From positions 30,528 through 94,527 of the forward strand of contig JBAZPG010000002.1 in the NCBI GenBank assembly GCA_041648335.1: a DNA stretch of 64,000 nt, given 5' to 3'. Positions 8,398-19,151 of the stretch are shown here, one piece after another. Under the pieces are notes generated by a model that saw only the letters and a list, made by a program, of their open reading frames with translations, was not told the DNA's origin and made no database searches. This stretch comes from Candidatus Micrarchaeia archaeon (GTDB lineage: Archaea; Micrarchaeota; Micrarchaeia; Norongarragalinales; Norongarragalinaceae). Position 1 is the first letter of the stretch, and every line of letters starts with the position of its first letter. Both the position numbers and the translations under genes were made by a program.

Positions 8398-9836
8398 GGG
8401 TAACTCCTCTTCGCCGCCTGGCTGGGGCGGATGTGTTCTTCGAACAACGGCACTGCCACGGGCAGGGCGAAGCGGGTGAAAACGCTCGTGACTATAGCCT
8501 CGCCCTTGTCGAGCGCGGCAATCGCCTTATCATCCGTGGACAAATCCTGGGAGGCGCTTGCTATGAGCGCGTCGCGCTCCTGTTTCATCTCGTTTCCGAG
8601 TATGATTTTCGTGTTCAGGTTCGCGAGCACCTCGCGGGGAATCAAGCTCGCGAGCTGGGTGACTGCTATCAAGCCGACGCCGAACTTGCGTCCCTCGCGC
8701 GCGATGCTCGAAAACACGTTCGCGCCCGCGGCTTCGCCGAGCACGCGGGGCGCCTCCTCGAGCACCACGCTAACTACGGGTTTGTTCTCTTGTGCTGCCT
8801 TGCGTTTGTTGAAGAGCGCGTTCGCGAAAACGCTCGCGACTAGGAGTTCGGCTTCGCTCGAGAGGCGCGAGGTATCCACGAGCACCTTGCGGGAGGCGAG
8901 CAGGTGGCTGGTGACATCGTCCACTATTGTCTTGCCGCCTTCCGCGGTGAAAACGCGTTCGTCGAGCACGATTCCGAGCTTGCGTTGGAGCACGTTGAGC
9001 GTAATGTCCTGGACTTTGTCGCCCAAGGTTTCGCCGGCGAGGAGTTTGGGCACCCACTCGTGGTCCCAGCTCTTGAACGCCAGGTGCATGGTTTGCTGTT
9101 GCGCTTCGGTGAACGGCATCACGCCGTTGAAGTGCCACGGCTTGAGCGACGCGTAGTTGATGCGGAGCGAGACCTGTCCGTTCTCGGGGTTCGGGGAATA
9201 CGATTTCAGCCACTCGCCCGCGTGCGGGTGGCTGCGTAGGGCGCGGTGGTACTCGTTGTGCGGGTCCATCACAAGACAGCCGCAGTAACCCTTGTCAAGC
9301 AAATCGTAGAGCATGACTTTCACGAGGTTGCTCTTGCCGCGTCCGGTGGTTGCGGGTATGAGGATGTGGTGGCTCAACACTTTCTCGCCGTCGAGCTCGA
9401 TGCGCTTGCCGGTTGTCTTGCTCCCGTTCCGTAAGTTACCAATGTACAACGGTTTCTCGGGTTTCTCGAGGAACGCCAAGTCCGAGTCGTTGATGCGTCG
9501 CAAACCCTTGAAGAAAGCGGGGAGGCGCTTCGTCGCGACTGCTTTCCCGTTCCGCAAGGTAACCAAGCCCTTGACCTTGGCTAGCACGTAGTTGCGTAAT
9601 TCTTCCTCGAAGAAAACCGATTTCTCCGCCTTGCCTTCGAGTTTGAGTCCGCTCATCAACTCGATTTGCTCGGGCGCGGTCTGGCTCCCGTACTCCAAAT
9701 CGTACACCTGGAGGAGCTGCGTGGAGTCGCCTTCCTCGCACGCGAGCAACTCGCCGATTTCGAGCGCTTCGCCGCTCTTCTGGCGCACGGCGATTTCCCC
9801 GAAAGCGCCCGAGACAATCTGGCTTACTATCTCCAT
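8394..9836 (-). CDS. herA: HerA-family DNA repair helicase (FtsK/HerA ATPase)
   Basis: Walker [17 protein letters not shown], FtsK-like ATPase core; preferred start is the internal ATG (MEIVSQ...) 10 nt after the nurA stop rather than the longer track ORF (to 9992). Confidence 0.8.
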   Translation of the reverse strand: MEIVSQIVSGAFGEIAVRQKSGEALEIGELLACEEGDSTQLLQVYDLEYGSQTAPEQIELMSGLKLEGKAEKSVFFEEELRNYVLAKVKGLVTLRNGKAVATKRLPAFFKGLRRINDSDLAFLEKPEKPLYIGNLRNGSKTTGKRIELDGEKVLSHHILIPATTGRGKSNLVKVMLYDLLDKGYCGCLVMDPHNEYHRALRSHPHAGEWLKSYSPNPENGQVSLRINYASLKPWHFNGVMPFTEAQQQTMHLAFKSWDHEWVPKLLAGETLGDKVQDITLNVLQRKLGIVLDERVFTAEGGKTIVDDVTSHLLASRKVLVDTSRLSSEAELLVASVFANALFNKRKAAQENKPVVSVVLEEAPRVLGEAAGANVFSSIAREGRKFGVGLIAVTQLASLIPREVLANLNTKIILGNEMKQERDALIASASQDLSTDDKAIAALDKGEAIVTSVFTRFALPVAVPLFEEHIRPSQAAKRSYP

Positions 9837-9846
9837 TTGAAGCACC

Positions 9847-10833
9847 TCAAATCCTATCCAAGTAATCGTGAGCGTCCACGGTTGCGGAGTCGCGTTCGAT
9901 TTCCCGCCACGCTTCCACGCCGAGTTCCGCCGCGGCAACCGTGCGCAACTGCCTTGCCTCCTCGAAGGACACGCGGGCGCGCTTGTCTGCATCCACCAAG
10001 CCGTACGGGTAACCGAGGAACGCCAAGTCCGCGGACTGGAACGCGAGCGCAGGAAGAACGCTGAACGGGTCGCACCCGCGCTTGACTTCGAAGCGGAAGC
10101 AGTGCGTCGCGTTCTCGTGGAGTTTGGCGACGAACAAGTCCGCGTCGTGGTCGGGCTCCGCGTTCACGCAAAGCGGACCGTACACCCAGGGCGCCTTGCG
10201 GGCGCCGGCGAGGCGTGCGACCGCGGACACGAGCGGCAGTCCCGTTGTAGTGTAAAGCGAACTCGTCTTGGCGAGCGCCGAGAACACGCCTTTCGCTTGC
10301 GCGTACGCGCTTTTCGCGTAAGCCGCTTCGTTCGTCACGCTCGACTGGAGCGTGCCGTCCCGCACTGGGTTCTCGCACGCACCCGCCAGGATCCATTCGG
10401 CGTAACGCCGCGCAACGGCACCCAGGGCGCTCGGGGGTGCCTTGAACCCGCCTTGCGCGAGCGAAGGGTCAACCCAATCCAATGCAACGATGTCGTCGAG
10501 TAGCTTTTCGCCGCTCAACTGCAGCGTTTTTGCAGTCAAGAGCATCTTGCCGCCCGACGGTTCGACGCGCGTGATTACGAGGAACTCGGATTCGCGCGAG
10601 CCCGTGCGCGCGGCGCCGTCGAAAGTGTTCGCGTAAATGCGCACGAGCTGGATTGAGAGGTTCGGCGTGTTCACCACGCTCGCGTTGCCTCCGTCCACGC
10701 ACGACAGCAAGCCGGGTTCGGCGTCGAACGAGCGGAAGCGCGCCTCGTCGAACGCGAGCGAGCGGTAGCGCGGGTCCGTGAACAGCGGTTCGCCCAGCTC
10801 GGTTGCGTGCGGCTTCAAGTCAAGGGAGAACAT
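9847..10833 (-). CDS. nurA: NurA-family 5'-3' nuclease
   Basis: About 330 aa with N-terminal VDGGNASV (NurA D-G-S-type motif) directly upstream of herA, the canonical nurA-herA pairing. Confidence 0.65.
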   Translation of the reverse strand: MFSLDLKPHATELGEPLFTDPRYRSLAFDEARFRSFDAEPGLLSCVDGGNASVVNTPNLSIQLVRIYANTFDGAARTGSRESEFLVITRVEPSGGKMLLTAKTLQLSGEKLLDDIVALDWVDPSLAQGGFKAPPSALGAVARRYAEWILAGACENPVRDGTLQSSVTNEAAYAKSAYAQAKGVFSALAKTSSLYTTTGLPLVSAVARLAGARKAPWVYGPLCVNAEPDHDADLFVAKLHENATHCFRFEVKRGCDPFSVLPALAFQSADLAFLGYPYGLVDADKRARVSFEEARQLRTVAAAELGVEAWREIERDSATVDAHDYLDRI

Positions 10834-10988
10834 GTTAACGACTCTTTGTTTTTCGATTCTTATTTAGGCTTTCGCGTTCGAAGCCGCGCGGGCGGACGGC
10901 GGGTTTTGCGTTTGGACTGCGGTTACCCGGTTTTTCGCGTGCAATCCGCTATCGAAAATGTTTTTAACGCAGCCATGGTGCGGCTTGC

Positions 10989-11627
10989 GTGGCGGAGCTT
11001 CTCAAGGAAATCGTGCAGCACAAGGGTCTCGCAATCGGCGGTTTCCTGCTTTTGCTGTTCGGATTTTTCCTCGCCGCCGCAGTCGACAACATAAGCCACG
11101 ACCTTGCGGCGAATGAACGGGTGCAACTGGAGAAAGGGATGCAGGATGCGGTGAGCCGGCACCAAGAGGACCGGTTGCAACAGCAAATCCAGTTTGATTC
11201 CAACAAGAAGGTGGAGCTCCAGAAGACCGTGGCGCAGTTCACGATGGCGCTGAATTACGATGTAGCCCAAATCGAAGCCTCCATCTCCGAATACGGTCCG
11301 GAGGACGTTTCGGACCTCAACCTAGCCAACAAGTCCGCCGCAGCCGAAAAATTCGCCTTGCAGGCAAACGAGCTTTTCTCGCATCTCGACGGTTTCATGG
11401 TTTTCATCAGCGACAACGAGGCGGAGTTCGAAAGGCTCGGGGACAACGACTTGAACCTGACCGAGGGTATAGAAAGCTTCTCCGCAGCCAAGACGGGTAT
11501 AATGGAATTGAAAAGCCAGATGGCTCTTGAACTGGAAACATTCGCGAAATCGAATACTTACAAGGAAAGCGAGCGAATGCGGGTCATCGGGGACGCGCTC
11601 GCGCTTCTCAGGAGTGAATCCCAATGA
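10989..11627 (+). CDS. Membrane-anchored protein (N-terminal TM, helical extracytoplasmic domain), paralogous to the next gene
   Basis: Single N-terminal TM (GGFLLLLFGFFLAAA); C-terminal region resembles that of 11624-12247 (LNLTEG..ELETFAKSN..ERM vs LNASLTQ..ELEEFAGSNPERM). Confidence 0.45.
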   Translation: MAELLKEIVQHKGLAIGGFLLLLFGFFLAAAVDNISHDLAANERVQLEKGMQDAVSRHQEDRLQQQIQFDSNKKVELQKTVAQFTMALNYDVAQIEASISEYGPEDVSDLNLANKSAAAEKFALQANELFSHLDGFMVFISDNEAEFERLGDNDLNLTEGIESFSAAKTGIMELKSQMALELETFAKSNTYKESERMRVIGDALALLRSESQ

Positions 11628-12247
11628 AATACTGTCCGGCATGCGGAAAGGCGCTCCCCCAGCCGAACCCGAAGCACTGCCCGGAATGCGGCGAGGCAAC
11701 GAGCGCGCGGTTTGCCGCAAAAGCCGTGGAGAAGAAGCCGAAGATGAGTATTGTCGGACGCCTGCGGGTACTCGGCATTGCAGCTCTCGTGTTGATTTTC
11801 CTTTTCGCGGCTGCAATGTGCGCGGCTGCGCCTTGGCAACGCGCGGCTGCGGCGGGAAACCAGTATTACGAATACCTGACAATGTTCAACAACGACTTGA
11901 ACGACCTCCAGCAACTCAACGAACAATACGACGAACTGCCGCTCGACGATTCGGCGTTCAATCGGAAGTCCGCGATTGCGGGCAGTTACGCCCTGCAGGC
12001 AAGCCAGGCGGTAACCACCTGGAGGTACTTCGATTCCTTCATAACCAAAAACCAGGCGTCGCTGGCGCGGTGGGATTTGAACGCCAGCCTGACGCAGGCG
12101 CGGATAACGGATAGTCGGGCGGTCGTACGGAACACCGCGAATAAAATGGCTTCGGAACTCGAGGAATTCGCGGGCTCGAACCCGGAGAGAATGGCTTCGA
12201 TTTCAAGGATGCTCGAAAAACTCAAGGAACTGGGGAACTTGCAATGA
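11624..12247 (+). CDS. Zinc-ribbon (CPACG..CPECG) membrane-anchored protein, paralog of the previous gene
   Basis: N-terminal C-P-x-C-G x2 zinc ribbon, one TM helix, helical extracytoplasmic domain; ATGA overlaps with both neighbours. Confidence 0.45.
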   Translation: MKYCPACGKALPQPNPKHCPECGEATSARFAAKAVEKKPKMSIVGRLRVLGIAALVLIFLFAAAMCAAAPWQRAAAAGNQYYEYLTMFNNDLNDLQQLNEQYDELPLDDSAFNRKSAIAGSYALQASQAVTTWRYFDSFITKNQASLARWDLNASLTQARITDSRAVVRNTANKMASELEEFAGSNPERMASISRMLEKLKELGNLQ

Positions 12248-13998
12248 AACTGATTGCCAACGGATACGGGTTGACTGCGCTGTTGCTTGCGGCGTTGTTG
12301 TTGGCTGCGCCCCTTGCAAGCGCTCAGGAGGAAGAAATGATTTCCGTGCCGTTCGTTTTCCAATTCTATTTCCTTTATGGAACGAGCGTAGGCGAATGCG
12401 ATGCCAATTGCGTGGGCTCGTGCATGTCCCCGTGCTATGCCGCTGCGGCAGCTGCAGGCGGGTTAAGTGGCACCTCCAACTGCGGTTCCGTGTGCCCGTC
12501 CAGGTGCGCCAGCGAATGCGCCGCGGTATTTTCAAACGCGTACCAGGCGGACGACGGGCTTCCCTCGACCCCATTCGAACCGGAATGCAGTTACGGCTCC
12601 TACACCGCTTGCGAAGTACCGCAACAATCCGTGTCGGAGATAGAACCGTCCTGGCCCGTTATTTCCGAGGGAACGCCCTCGCTCGATGGACCCGGGATGC
12701 TTGGCGGAGGCACGGAGAGCGACGGGGAATACGATGGTGGCGCGGGCATAACCGTCGAGCCGCAAACCTGTGCCGCAACAGCACCCGACGGCCACCCGCT
12801 GCGGTGGGACCAGATTTGGGGTTGCTATGACATTTTCTGGAAGAACGATTACTGCGCTGTCGCAACCGGCTGCAACACCGGCGTGCCGTGCACCGGAAGG
12901 CAGGGTTGCATATGGAATGGTGCCTCCTGCGTGCCGTGCAATGCGCCGACCTGCATATACTCGTGTCCTGGAACTGGTGGCGGACCCGCTGCGCCAGCCG
13001 ACCGGGTGACTGCGGTTCAAAATGAAATTCCCGCGCCCACTGCTGCACCGACGCGCCAGGCGGGCGGAACACCGACTCCCGTGCCAAGCGCAGCGCCAGC
13101 ACAGCCCACCCCAACAGCCATCCCTACTGCAACGCCCGCCCCGGTATGCGGCGCCTACGGGAACTGCAAGGCGTGCGTGAACGCGGCGAAAGAGGAGGGT
13201 GAAAGCGTTTGCGGGTGGTCCGAATTCCTAAACATTTGCATGGACGGCGACACCTGGCGCGCGGTGAACGCGAGCGGGCTCAAGGCCGGCTGGGCGGATG
13301 AGGAAAAGTACTGTCCGGTCCAAGCCGAGGTTTACTGTTTTGAATTCACCGACTGCTTTTCCTGTGCTGGCAATGCCGGCGTCAAACGCGAGTGCCTGTG
13401 GTCAACCACCCAGGAAAAATGCGAGCCCTACGACGCGTTCGGGGATTTCAAAACCGAGGACAACCCGAAGGGCAAGGACGTGATTCTTCCAACAATGTGC
13501 TCGGAGCGCGACTGCTCGGCGTATTCCGGGTGCGCGGAATGCGAGGGTAACGCCGCGTGCATTTGGCCGGAGGGCGGCGATGAGTGCTCGACGTTCAAAG
13601 GCGACGGCGAGGGCGCATACTTCTTCCCGAGCGCGTGCCCTGATGCAACAATTGAAGCGGTTGTGGCTGCGCCGACGTCCGTCCCCTGTCCGGCGGGCTG
13701 CAAGTGCAACTCGCAGGCGAAACCGGTTTCGTGCGGCGGCAAGAGCATTGATTCCGCGAGCCTGGTTTCAGTTGACCGCGCGGTTGTAAACGCGGGCGCT
13801 TCTCTCCAGCGGGTGAACGAGGTGGAGTTCAACCAGGCTGCTGCCGGCGGGAACGCATCCTACGCCGTGCGCGGTTCCCGGAGTGGAGTGGTATTCTTCG
13901 TGTTGCCCGTGAGCTTTGACGTTACCGCGGTTGTGAACGCGGAGACCGGCGAAGTCGAATCAGTCGAGCAGCCCTGGTGGAGCGTCCTAGTCGGCTGA
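12244..13998 (+). CDS. Secreted Cys-rich protein with repeated PSI-like (C..C..C..W..C) modules and a Pro/Thr/Ala-rich linker
   Basis: Signal peptide (LLAALLLAAPLASA); over 40 Cys in recurring CxxC..CxW..C patterns; PTAAPTRQAGGTPTPVPSAAPAQPTPTAIPTATPAP linker. Confidence 0.5.
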   Translation: MKLIANGYGLTALLLAALLLAAPLASAQEEEMISVPFVFQFYFLYGTSVGECDANCVGSCMSPCYAAAAAAGGLSGTSNCGSVCPSRCASECAAVFSNAYQADDGLPSTPFEPECSYGSYTACEVPQQSVSEIEPSWPVISEGTPSLDGPGMLGGGTESDGEYDGGAGITVEPQTCAATAPDGHPLRWDQIWGCYDIFWKNDYCAVATGCNTGVPCTGRQGCIWNGASCVPCNAPTCIYSCPGTGGGPAAPADRVTAVQNEIPAPTAAPTRQAGGTPTPVPSAAPAQPTPTAIPTATPAPVCGAYGNCKACVNAAKEEGESVCGWSEFLNICMDGDTWRAVNASGLKAGWADEEKYCPVQAEVYCFEFTDCFSCAGNAGVKRECLWSTTQEKCEPYDAFGDFKTEDNPKGKDVILPTMCSERDCSAYSGCAECEGNAACIWPEGGDECSTFKGDGEGAYFFPSACPDATIEAVVAAPTSVPCPAGCKCNSQAKPVSCGGKSIDSASLVSVDRAVVNAGASLQRVNEVEFNQAAAGGNASYAVRGSRSGVVFFVLPVSFDVTAVVNAETGEVESVEQPWWSVLVG

Positions 13999-14020
13999 AA
14001 GCAAGTTTTTTTAACCCATT

Positions 14021-14503
14021 TTGATTGACCAATTTATGAAAGACCGACAAGTCGGGTTGATGCTCGTCGCAGTGGCTGCGCTAGTTGGCTTCCTCATATG
14101 GTCGTACGACGGCGCGCTCACCACGATAGTGAACGCCACCTGTTCGCACGGGCCCACCTGCTCAATGTACGCCACGATTGATGCGCAGCGCAATGTGGCG
14201 TATGCGTTTGCAACGCTCGTCGCCTTGGCGGGTGTGTATTTTGTTTTCTTCAAGAAGGACGAGCCGCCCGTTGAGGGGAATAAACGCAATGCAGCGTCTG
14301 CGGACTTGTTGAAATTGGAGGGCGACGAGAAAACCGTTGCTTCCTACGTTCAAGAAGCTGGCGGCTCCCTCTATCAAAGCGACCTTGTTTCCAAAACTGG
14401 ATTCTCCAAAGTCCGCGTGACGCGCATTTTGGATAAGCTGGAGAACGACGGCGTGATAGAACGCAAGCGCCGCGGCATGACTAACATAGTCGTCCTCCGT
14501 TGA
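14021..14503 (+). CDS. Membrane-tethered winged-helix (MarR/TrmB-like) transcription regulator
   Basis: N-terminal TM helix plus second hydrophobic segment, C-terminal wHTH (SDLVSKTGFSKVRVTRILDKLENDGVIERKRRG). Confidence 0.5.
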   Translation: MIDQFMKDRQVGLMLVAVAALVGFLIWSYDGALTTIVNATCSHGPTCSMYATIDAQRNVAYAFATLVALAGVYFVFFKKDEPPVEGNKRNAASADLLKLEGDEKTVASYVQEAGGSLYQSDLVSKTGFSKVRVTRILDKLENDGVIERKRRGMTNIVVLR

Positions 14504-14518
14504 ACGCATGGAACCTTC

Positions 14519-14560
14519 CCTGAAACCAGTCTTAGACGGCGCCTGAAACCAGTTTCATCA
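14519..14560. promoter_or_regulatory. Direct repeat tgaaaccagt x2 with inverted half-site (tgaaac-ca-gtttca) between the regulator and the metal-transport genes; candidate operator
   Basis: Repeats at about 14521 and 14545 in the 90-nt intergenic region upstream of the HMA-like/CopA operon. Confidence 0.3.
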
Positions 14561-14595
14561 GCAGTAATACTAGCTGTTTCAAGCCAGTAAACTGC

Positions 14596-15297
14596 ATGAA
14601 AAATTTAATCGAGGCGCCCGCATCCTGTTGTGAGGTGCCAAAGGACAATGACGGACTGAAACGGAGCGTGCTTTACGGCTTGTTGCCGCACGCGGGCTGC
14701 ATCGCATTCATCGCCGCTTCCGTTCTGGGGGTCACCCTTCTGGCAGACCTTTTCAAGCCGCTATTGATGAGCCGGTACTTCTTTTACGGGCTGATAGCGC
14801 TCTCGCTCGGGTTGGCGGCGGTTTCCTCTGCGCTATACTTGAAGCGCAACGGCCAGCTTTCGGCTTGTGGCGCGCGCAAGCGGTGGAAGTACCTCACAGT
14901 CATGTTCGGCTCGACCATCGGCGTGAACCTGTTGTTCTTTTTCGTGCTGTTTCCCATGCTCGCCAACTTCACCGCAGCCCAGCCCGTTGCACTGGCAAAC
15001 GAGTCGTGTCCGTTTGGCAGTTCCGGACAAGCGGACTGCGCGCTTGCGGGTTTCAGCATCGTGCGGCAAGCTTTGCCGCAAACGGCTTCGCTGCAGCTAT
15101 CTGTTGACATCCCCTGTTCGGGGCACGCGGCGCTCATTTCCGGCGAGCTTAAGAAAGTCGACGGCGTGACTGCCGTGCGGTTCGACTCACCCAACCTGTT
15201 CGCGGTTTCCTACGATGCGTTGCGCACGAGCCCGCAGGGCATACTGTCGCTTGCGGTTTTCAAGGAGTATCCCGCAACGATTATCAACGGGACTTAA
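14596..15297 (+). CDS. Polytopic membrane protein with N-terminal Cys-Cys motif and a C-terminal HMA-like (ferredoxin-fold) domain carrying CxxH instead of CxxC
   Basis: ASCCEV and LPHAGC in or near the first TM; C-terminal LQLSVDIPCSGHAALISGELKKVDGVTAVRFD aligns to the heavy-metal-associated fold; immediately upstream of copA. Confidence 0.45.
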   Translation: MKNLIEAPASCCEVPKDNDGLKRSVLYGLLPHAGCIAFIAASVLGVTLLADLFKPLLMSRYFFYGLIALSLGLAAVSSALYLKRNGQLSACGARKRWKYLTVMFGSTIGVNLLFFFVLFPMLANFTAAQPVALANESCPFGSSGQADCALAGFSIVRQALPQTASLQLSVDIPCSGHAALISGELKKVDGVTAVRFDSPNLFAVSYDALRTSPQGILSLAVFKEYPATIINGT

Positions 15298-15319
15298 GTG
15301 ATTGCAGGAGGGCTGGCTG

Positions 15320-17446
15320 ATGAACAAGACAACGTTGCGTGTCACGGGAATGCACTGCGCTTCGTGCGCCGTCAACCTTGAGAAGGCGCTCAAGAAGACG
15401 CCGGGCGTTACCGGCGCGTCCGTCAATTTTGCCACGCAAAAGGCGACGGTGGAGCACGCCGAGCACGTGCATTCCGCGGAACTGGTGGCTGCGGTAAGCA
15501 AGGCGGGTTATACCGCGTTCGAGCAGGGAATCGCGCATGTGCCGGTCGAGGAGTCAACGGAAGTCAAGAATGATTTGCTCGTTGCCGTGCCGCTCGCTTT
15601 CCTCGTTTTCGTGCTTTCGTTCGTCGAAAGCGTTCCTTCGCTGCTCTTGTTTTTCCTTGCGCTGCCCGTGCAGTTCTGGGCGGGCCGCAGCTTTTACGCC
15701 CGCACGCTTGCAGCGTTGCGCCGCGGAAGCGCGGACATGGACGTACTCGTGGCAATCGGCACGAGCGCCGCGTTCTTCTACAGTGCGGCGGTAACTTTCG
15801 GCTTCCTCCAGGGTTCTCTGTACTACGACGGCGCGGCGGTCATAATCGCGTTCATCCTCCTCGGGCGCTACCTTGAGGCGCGTTCGCGCTCGCTTACCGG
15901 CGAAGCCGTGCGCAAGCTCATGGATTTGCAGCCAAAAAAAGCGCGCGTCCTGCGCAACGGACGCCTAGTCGAAGTGCCCGTTGAACTGTTGAAAGCCGGC
16001 GATGTTTTCCTCGTTAAGCCCGGCGAGCGCGTGGCAACTGACGGCATCGTGGTTTTTGGGGACTCGGCGGTGGACGAGTCCATGGTAACGGGCGAGTCCA
16101 TGCCCGTTGAAAAAAGAAAAGGCGACGCGGTGGTCGGCGGCACGGTTAACGGAAGCGGGGCGCTTCGCGTGCGCGCCACGCGCGTCGGTTCCGAGACGAT
16201 GCTCGCGCAGATAGTCAAGCTGGTCGAGGACGCACAGGCAACCAAGGCGCCCGTGCAGCTCCTCGCGGATCGTGTCGCAGCCGTGTTCGTGCCCGTGGTG
16301 ATAGTGATTGCCTTTGCAGCCGCAGGATACTGGTTGCTTCTCGCTCACGCGTCGTTCGACTTCGCGCTAACGGTTTTCGTTTCCGTGCTCATAGTCGCGT
16401 GCCCGTGCGCGCTGGGCTTGGCGATGCCCGTAGCCGTGCTCGTTGGAACGGGGAAGGGCGCGGAACAGGGCATACTAATCAAGGGCGGCGACGCGCTGGA
16501 AGCCGCGGGAAAAATAAATACTGTTGTTTTCGACAAGACGGGCACGCTCACCAACGGCAAGCCGAGTGTTACGGACGTGGTCGCGTTCGGGAAGGTTGAC
16601 GCGCTGCGCTTTGCCGCAATCGCGGAAAAGAATTCCGAACACCCGCTCGCGAAGGCGATTCTCGCCAAGGCGGGTCGCGTGCCGAACCCGACTGCATTCA
16701 AAAGCGTCACCGGCAAGGGCGTGAAGGCGCGCTATGCTGGGAAGGAAATCGCGGTTGGCAGCAGGAAGCTGGTGAAGTGCGGTGCGAAGGAGGATTCGGC
16801 TGCGAAAAAGCTGGAGGCGCAAGGTAAGACGGTCGTTTTCGTTGGTTTGGACGGCAAGTGCGTGGGCGTGATAGCGATTGCGGACACCATCAAGCCGCAC
16901 GCCGCCGAGGCGGTTGCCGCACTCAAGCGCAAGGGCTTCAACGTGGCGATGATTACGGGCGACAACGAGAGCACTGCGCGCGCGATTGCCACCGAAGCGG
17001 GCATTGACGAAGTGATAGCCGAAGTGCTTCCCGTGGAAAAGGAACGCGAAGTCGCGCGCATGCAAAAAGCCGGTCGCAGGGTTGCCTTCGTTGGCGACGG
17101 GGTGAACGACGCACCCGCCCTCGCCCGCGCTGAGCTGGGCATCGCGTTGGGCAGTGGTACGGATGTGGCTATGGAAACCGGTGGCATCGTTCTCGTGCGT
17201 AACGACTTGCGCGACGTCGCCGCGGCAATCGACTTGAGCTGTTACACGCTGCGCAAAATCAGGGAGAACCTGTTCTGGGCGTTCGCCTACAACGTCGCCG
17301 CGATTCCAGTCGCCGCGGGCGCGCTGTATTCGTACGGCGTGATGCTTGACCCCATGCTGGCAGGTGCTGCGATGGCGTTCTCAAGCGTTTCCGTGGTTGG
17401 CAACGCGTTGCTAATGCGCGGCTGGAAGCCGGAAGATCACGGGTAG
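15320..17446 (+). CDS. copA: Copper-translocating P1B-type ATPase
   Basis: N-terminal HMA GMHCASC, TM CPC motif (ACPCALG), DKTGTLT phosphorylation site, [10 protein letters not shown] hinge; ATG at 15320 with GGAGGG upstream is preferred over the TTG at 15302. Confidence 0.9.
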   Translation: MNKTTLRVTGMHCASCAVNLEKALKKTPGVTGASVNFATQKATVEHAEHVHSAELVAAVSKAGYTAFEQGIAHVPVEESTEVKNDLLVAVPLAFLVFVLSFVESVPSLLLFFLALPVQFWAGRSFYARTLAALRRGSADMDVLVAIGTSAAFFYSAAVTFGFLQGSLYYDGAAVIIAFILLGRYLEARSRSLTGEAVRKLMDLQPKKARVLRNGRLVEVPVELLKAGDVFLVKPGERVATDGIVVFGDSAVDESMVTGESMPVEKRKGDAVVGGTVNGSGALRVRATRVGSETMLAQIVKLVEDAQATKAPVQLLADRVAAVFVPVVIVIAFAAAGYWLLLAHASFDFALTVFVSVLIVACPCALGLAMPVAVLVGTGKGAEQGILIKGGDALEAAGKINTVVFDKTGTLTNGKPSVTDVVAFGKVDALRFAAIAEKNSEHPLAKAILAKAGRVPNPTAFKSVTGKGVKARYAGKEIAVGSRKLVKCGAKEDSAAKKLEAQGKTVVFVGLDGKCVGVIAIADTIKPHAAEAVAALKRKGFNVAMITGDNESTARAIATEAGIDEVIAEVLPVEKEREVARMQKAGRRVAFVGDGVNDAPALARAELGIALGSGTDVAMETGGIVLVRNDLRDVAAAIDLSCYTLRKIRENLFWAFAYNVAAIPVAAGALYSYGVMLDPMLAGAAMAFSSVSVVGNALLMRGWKPEDHG

Positions 17447-18714
17447 GCGCGGTTGATTACGCGCGGGAACGGCACCGCGTCCCGGATGTGCTCGAGGTTC
17501 AAGAGCCACTTCACGAGGCGCTCGATTCCCAACCCGAACCCGCTGTGTGGCACCGAGCCGTAACGCCGCAAGTCCAGGTACCACTCGTACTCCTTCAAGT
17601 CGAGCCCCTGCGCGCGCATCTTGTTCACGAGCGCGTCGTAATTCCACTCGCGCTGGGAGCCCCCGATTATTTCGCCGTGCCCCTCGGGTGCGAGGACGTC
17701 CGCGTTCAACGCGTACTTGCCGTCCGGCGTTGTCGCCATGTAGAACGGCTTGATTTCCGCCGGGAAGCGCGTCACGAACAACGGCTTCTCGAGGCCCTCG
17801 GTGAGCTTCTCTTCCTGGGGGACGCCGAAGTCGTCGCCCCACTCGATTCCGCACGTTTCCACTGCCTCGTCGTAAGTCATGTGGTGGAACGGCGGCTCGA
17901 TTGCGAACAACTCTTCCGTCTTGCGGTTGAAGTGCCTCAAAAACGGAGCGTCGTTTTCGGCGAGCTTGCGCGCCACGTACGAAACGAGTTCCTCCTGGAG
18001 GCGCATGTTGTCCTCGTTGTCGTAGTGCGCGGCTTCCTCCTCGAGGTGCCAGTACTCGGTCAAGTGCTTTACCGTCCGGCTTTTTTCGGCGCGGAACGAC
18101 GGCGCGAGAATGAATACTTTCTCGAGGGAGGTGATGAACGCCTCGTTGTAGAGCTGCCCGCTCTGGGACAGGTATGCCTTTTCGCCGAAGTAGTCGAGCT
18201 CGAATAGCGTGGAGCCGCCCTCGCACCCGCTCTTCGTGATTATCGGGGGTGAAACCTCCCAGAAGCCCTGCTGCTGGAAGTACTCGCGGAGATAACGCAC
18301 GATGTGGTCGCGCGCCTTCATGGCGTTCGTTAGCTTTTGCGAGCGCAACCACAAGTGCCTCTTGTCCAACAAGAGCTCGGGGCTCTGGTGCTCGGTAATC
18401 GGGAACGCCTCGCCGTGGTGCGTCAAACGGAACATTGTCGCACGGAGCTCCCACCCGCCCGGGGCGCGCTCGTCCCTGTGCACGGTGCCGCTAACCTCGG
18501 CTGCGGACTCGATGAAAACCTTGCGCGCATCCTCGAAGTCGTTCTCCGGCACGGAGTCCTTCTTGACTGCGCACTGGATCGTGCCCGTGGAGTCGCGCAT
18601 CACCACGAAAGCCAGGTTATTGCTCGCGCGCGCCCGGTGAACCCATCCGCGAAGCGAAACGCTTTCGCCTTCGGCAGCCTTCCCATCCAGGACGAACCCG
18701 ATTGGCGTGAACAT
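17437..18714 (-). CDS. asnS: Class IIb aminoacyl-tRNA synthetase, most likely asparaginyl-tRNA synthetase (AspRS not excluded)
   Basis: N-terminal OB anticodon-binding domain; motif 2 [21 protein letters not shown] resembles AsnRS ([21 protein letters not shown]) more than archaeal AspRS; motif 3 GFGLGIERL. Confidence 0.7.
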   Translation of the reverse strand: MFTPIGFVLDGKAAEGESVSLRGWVHRARASNNLAFVVMRDSTGTIQCAVKKDSVPENDFEDARKVFIESAAEVSGTVHRDERAPGGWELRATMFRLTHHGEAFPITEHQSPELLLDKRHLWLRSQKLTNAMKARDHIVRYLREYFQQQGFWEVSPPIITKSGCEGGSTLFELDYFGEKAYLSQSGQLYNEAFITSLEKVFILAPSFRAEKSRTVKHLTEYWHLEEEAAHYDNEDNMRLQEELVSYVARKLAENDAPFLRHFNRKTEELFAIEPPFHHMTYDEAVETCGIEWGDDFGVPQEEKLTEGLEKPLFVTRFPAEIKPFYMATTPDGKYALNADVLAPEGHGEIIGGSQREWNYDALVNKMRAQGLDLKEYEWYLDLRRYGSVPHSGFGLGIERLVKWLLNLEHIRDAVPFPRVINRAYP

Positions 18715-18800
18715 GGTTAAACCATTGTGCGCGAACCAATAAAAACATGGCTTTACGGCGCGGGCGAAAAGCAGTTATTAACGCGCGCAGTTCGCTCGTC

Positions 18801-19151
18801 ATGTTCAAGCAAGCCATAATCCTGCGTTCGGATTTGGGCATGGGAAAAGGCAAACTCGTGGCGCAAGGAGCACACTCCTCATTAGAAGCGTTCCACGAGG
18901 CGCAGAGGAACAACGCGCTCGCGGCAATCGCTTGGCGGCAGGGCGGCGCGAAGAAAATCACGTTAAAAGTGGATAGCGAAGCCGCGCTCCTCGAGTTGCA
19001 CGCGCAAGCGAAGCGGGCGAAGCTCCCGTGCGCCTTAATTCGGGACGCGGGGCACACCCAAGTCGAGGCGGGCACGATTACCGCGCTCGCCATCGGGCCC
19101 GCTTCGGACGGGGCAGTGGACAAGCTCACGGGCGACTTGAAGCTACTCTGA
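18801..19151 (+). CDS. pth2: Peptidyl-tRNA hydrolase, archaeal PTH2 type
   Basis: MFKQAIILRSDLGMGKGKLVAQGAHSS matches the PTH2 N-terminus; about 116 aa from the internal ATG at 18801. Confidence 0.8.
   Translation: MFKQAIILRSDLGMGKGKLVAQGAHSSLEAFHEAQRNNALAAIAWRQGGAKKITLKVDSEAALLELHAQAKRAKLPCALIRDAGHTQVEAGTITALAIGPASDGAVDKLTGDLKLL

Noticed and set aside
8085-8843. 252-aa plus-strand ORF
   Set aside because: Arg-rich antisense ORF overlapping herA and the small TM gene.
9854-10503. ORFs overlapping nurA on both strands
   Set aside because: Arg-rich compositional artefacts; nurA frame has the coherent protein.
17411-18454. 347-aa minus-strand ORF overlapping asnS in another frame
   Set aside because: Arg/Pro-rich translation; asnS frame carries class II synthetase motifs.
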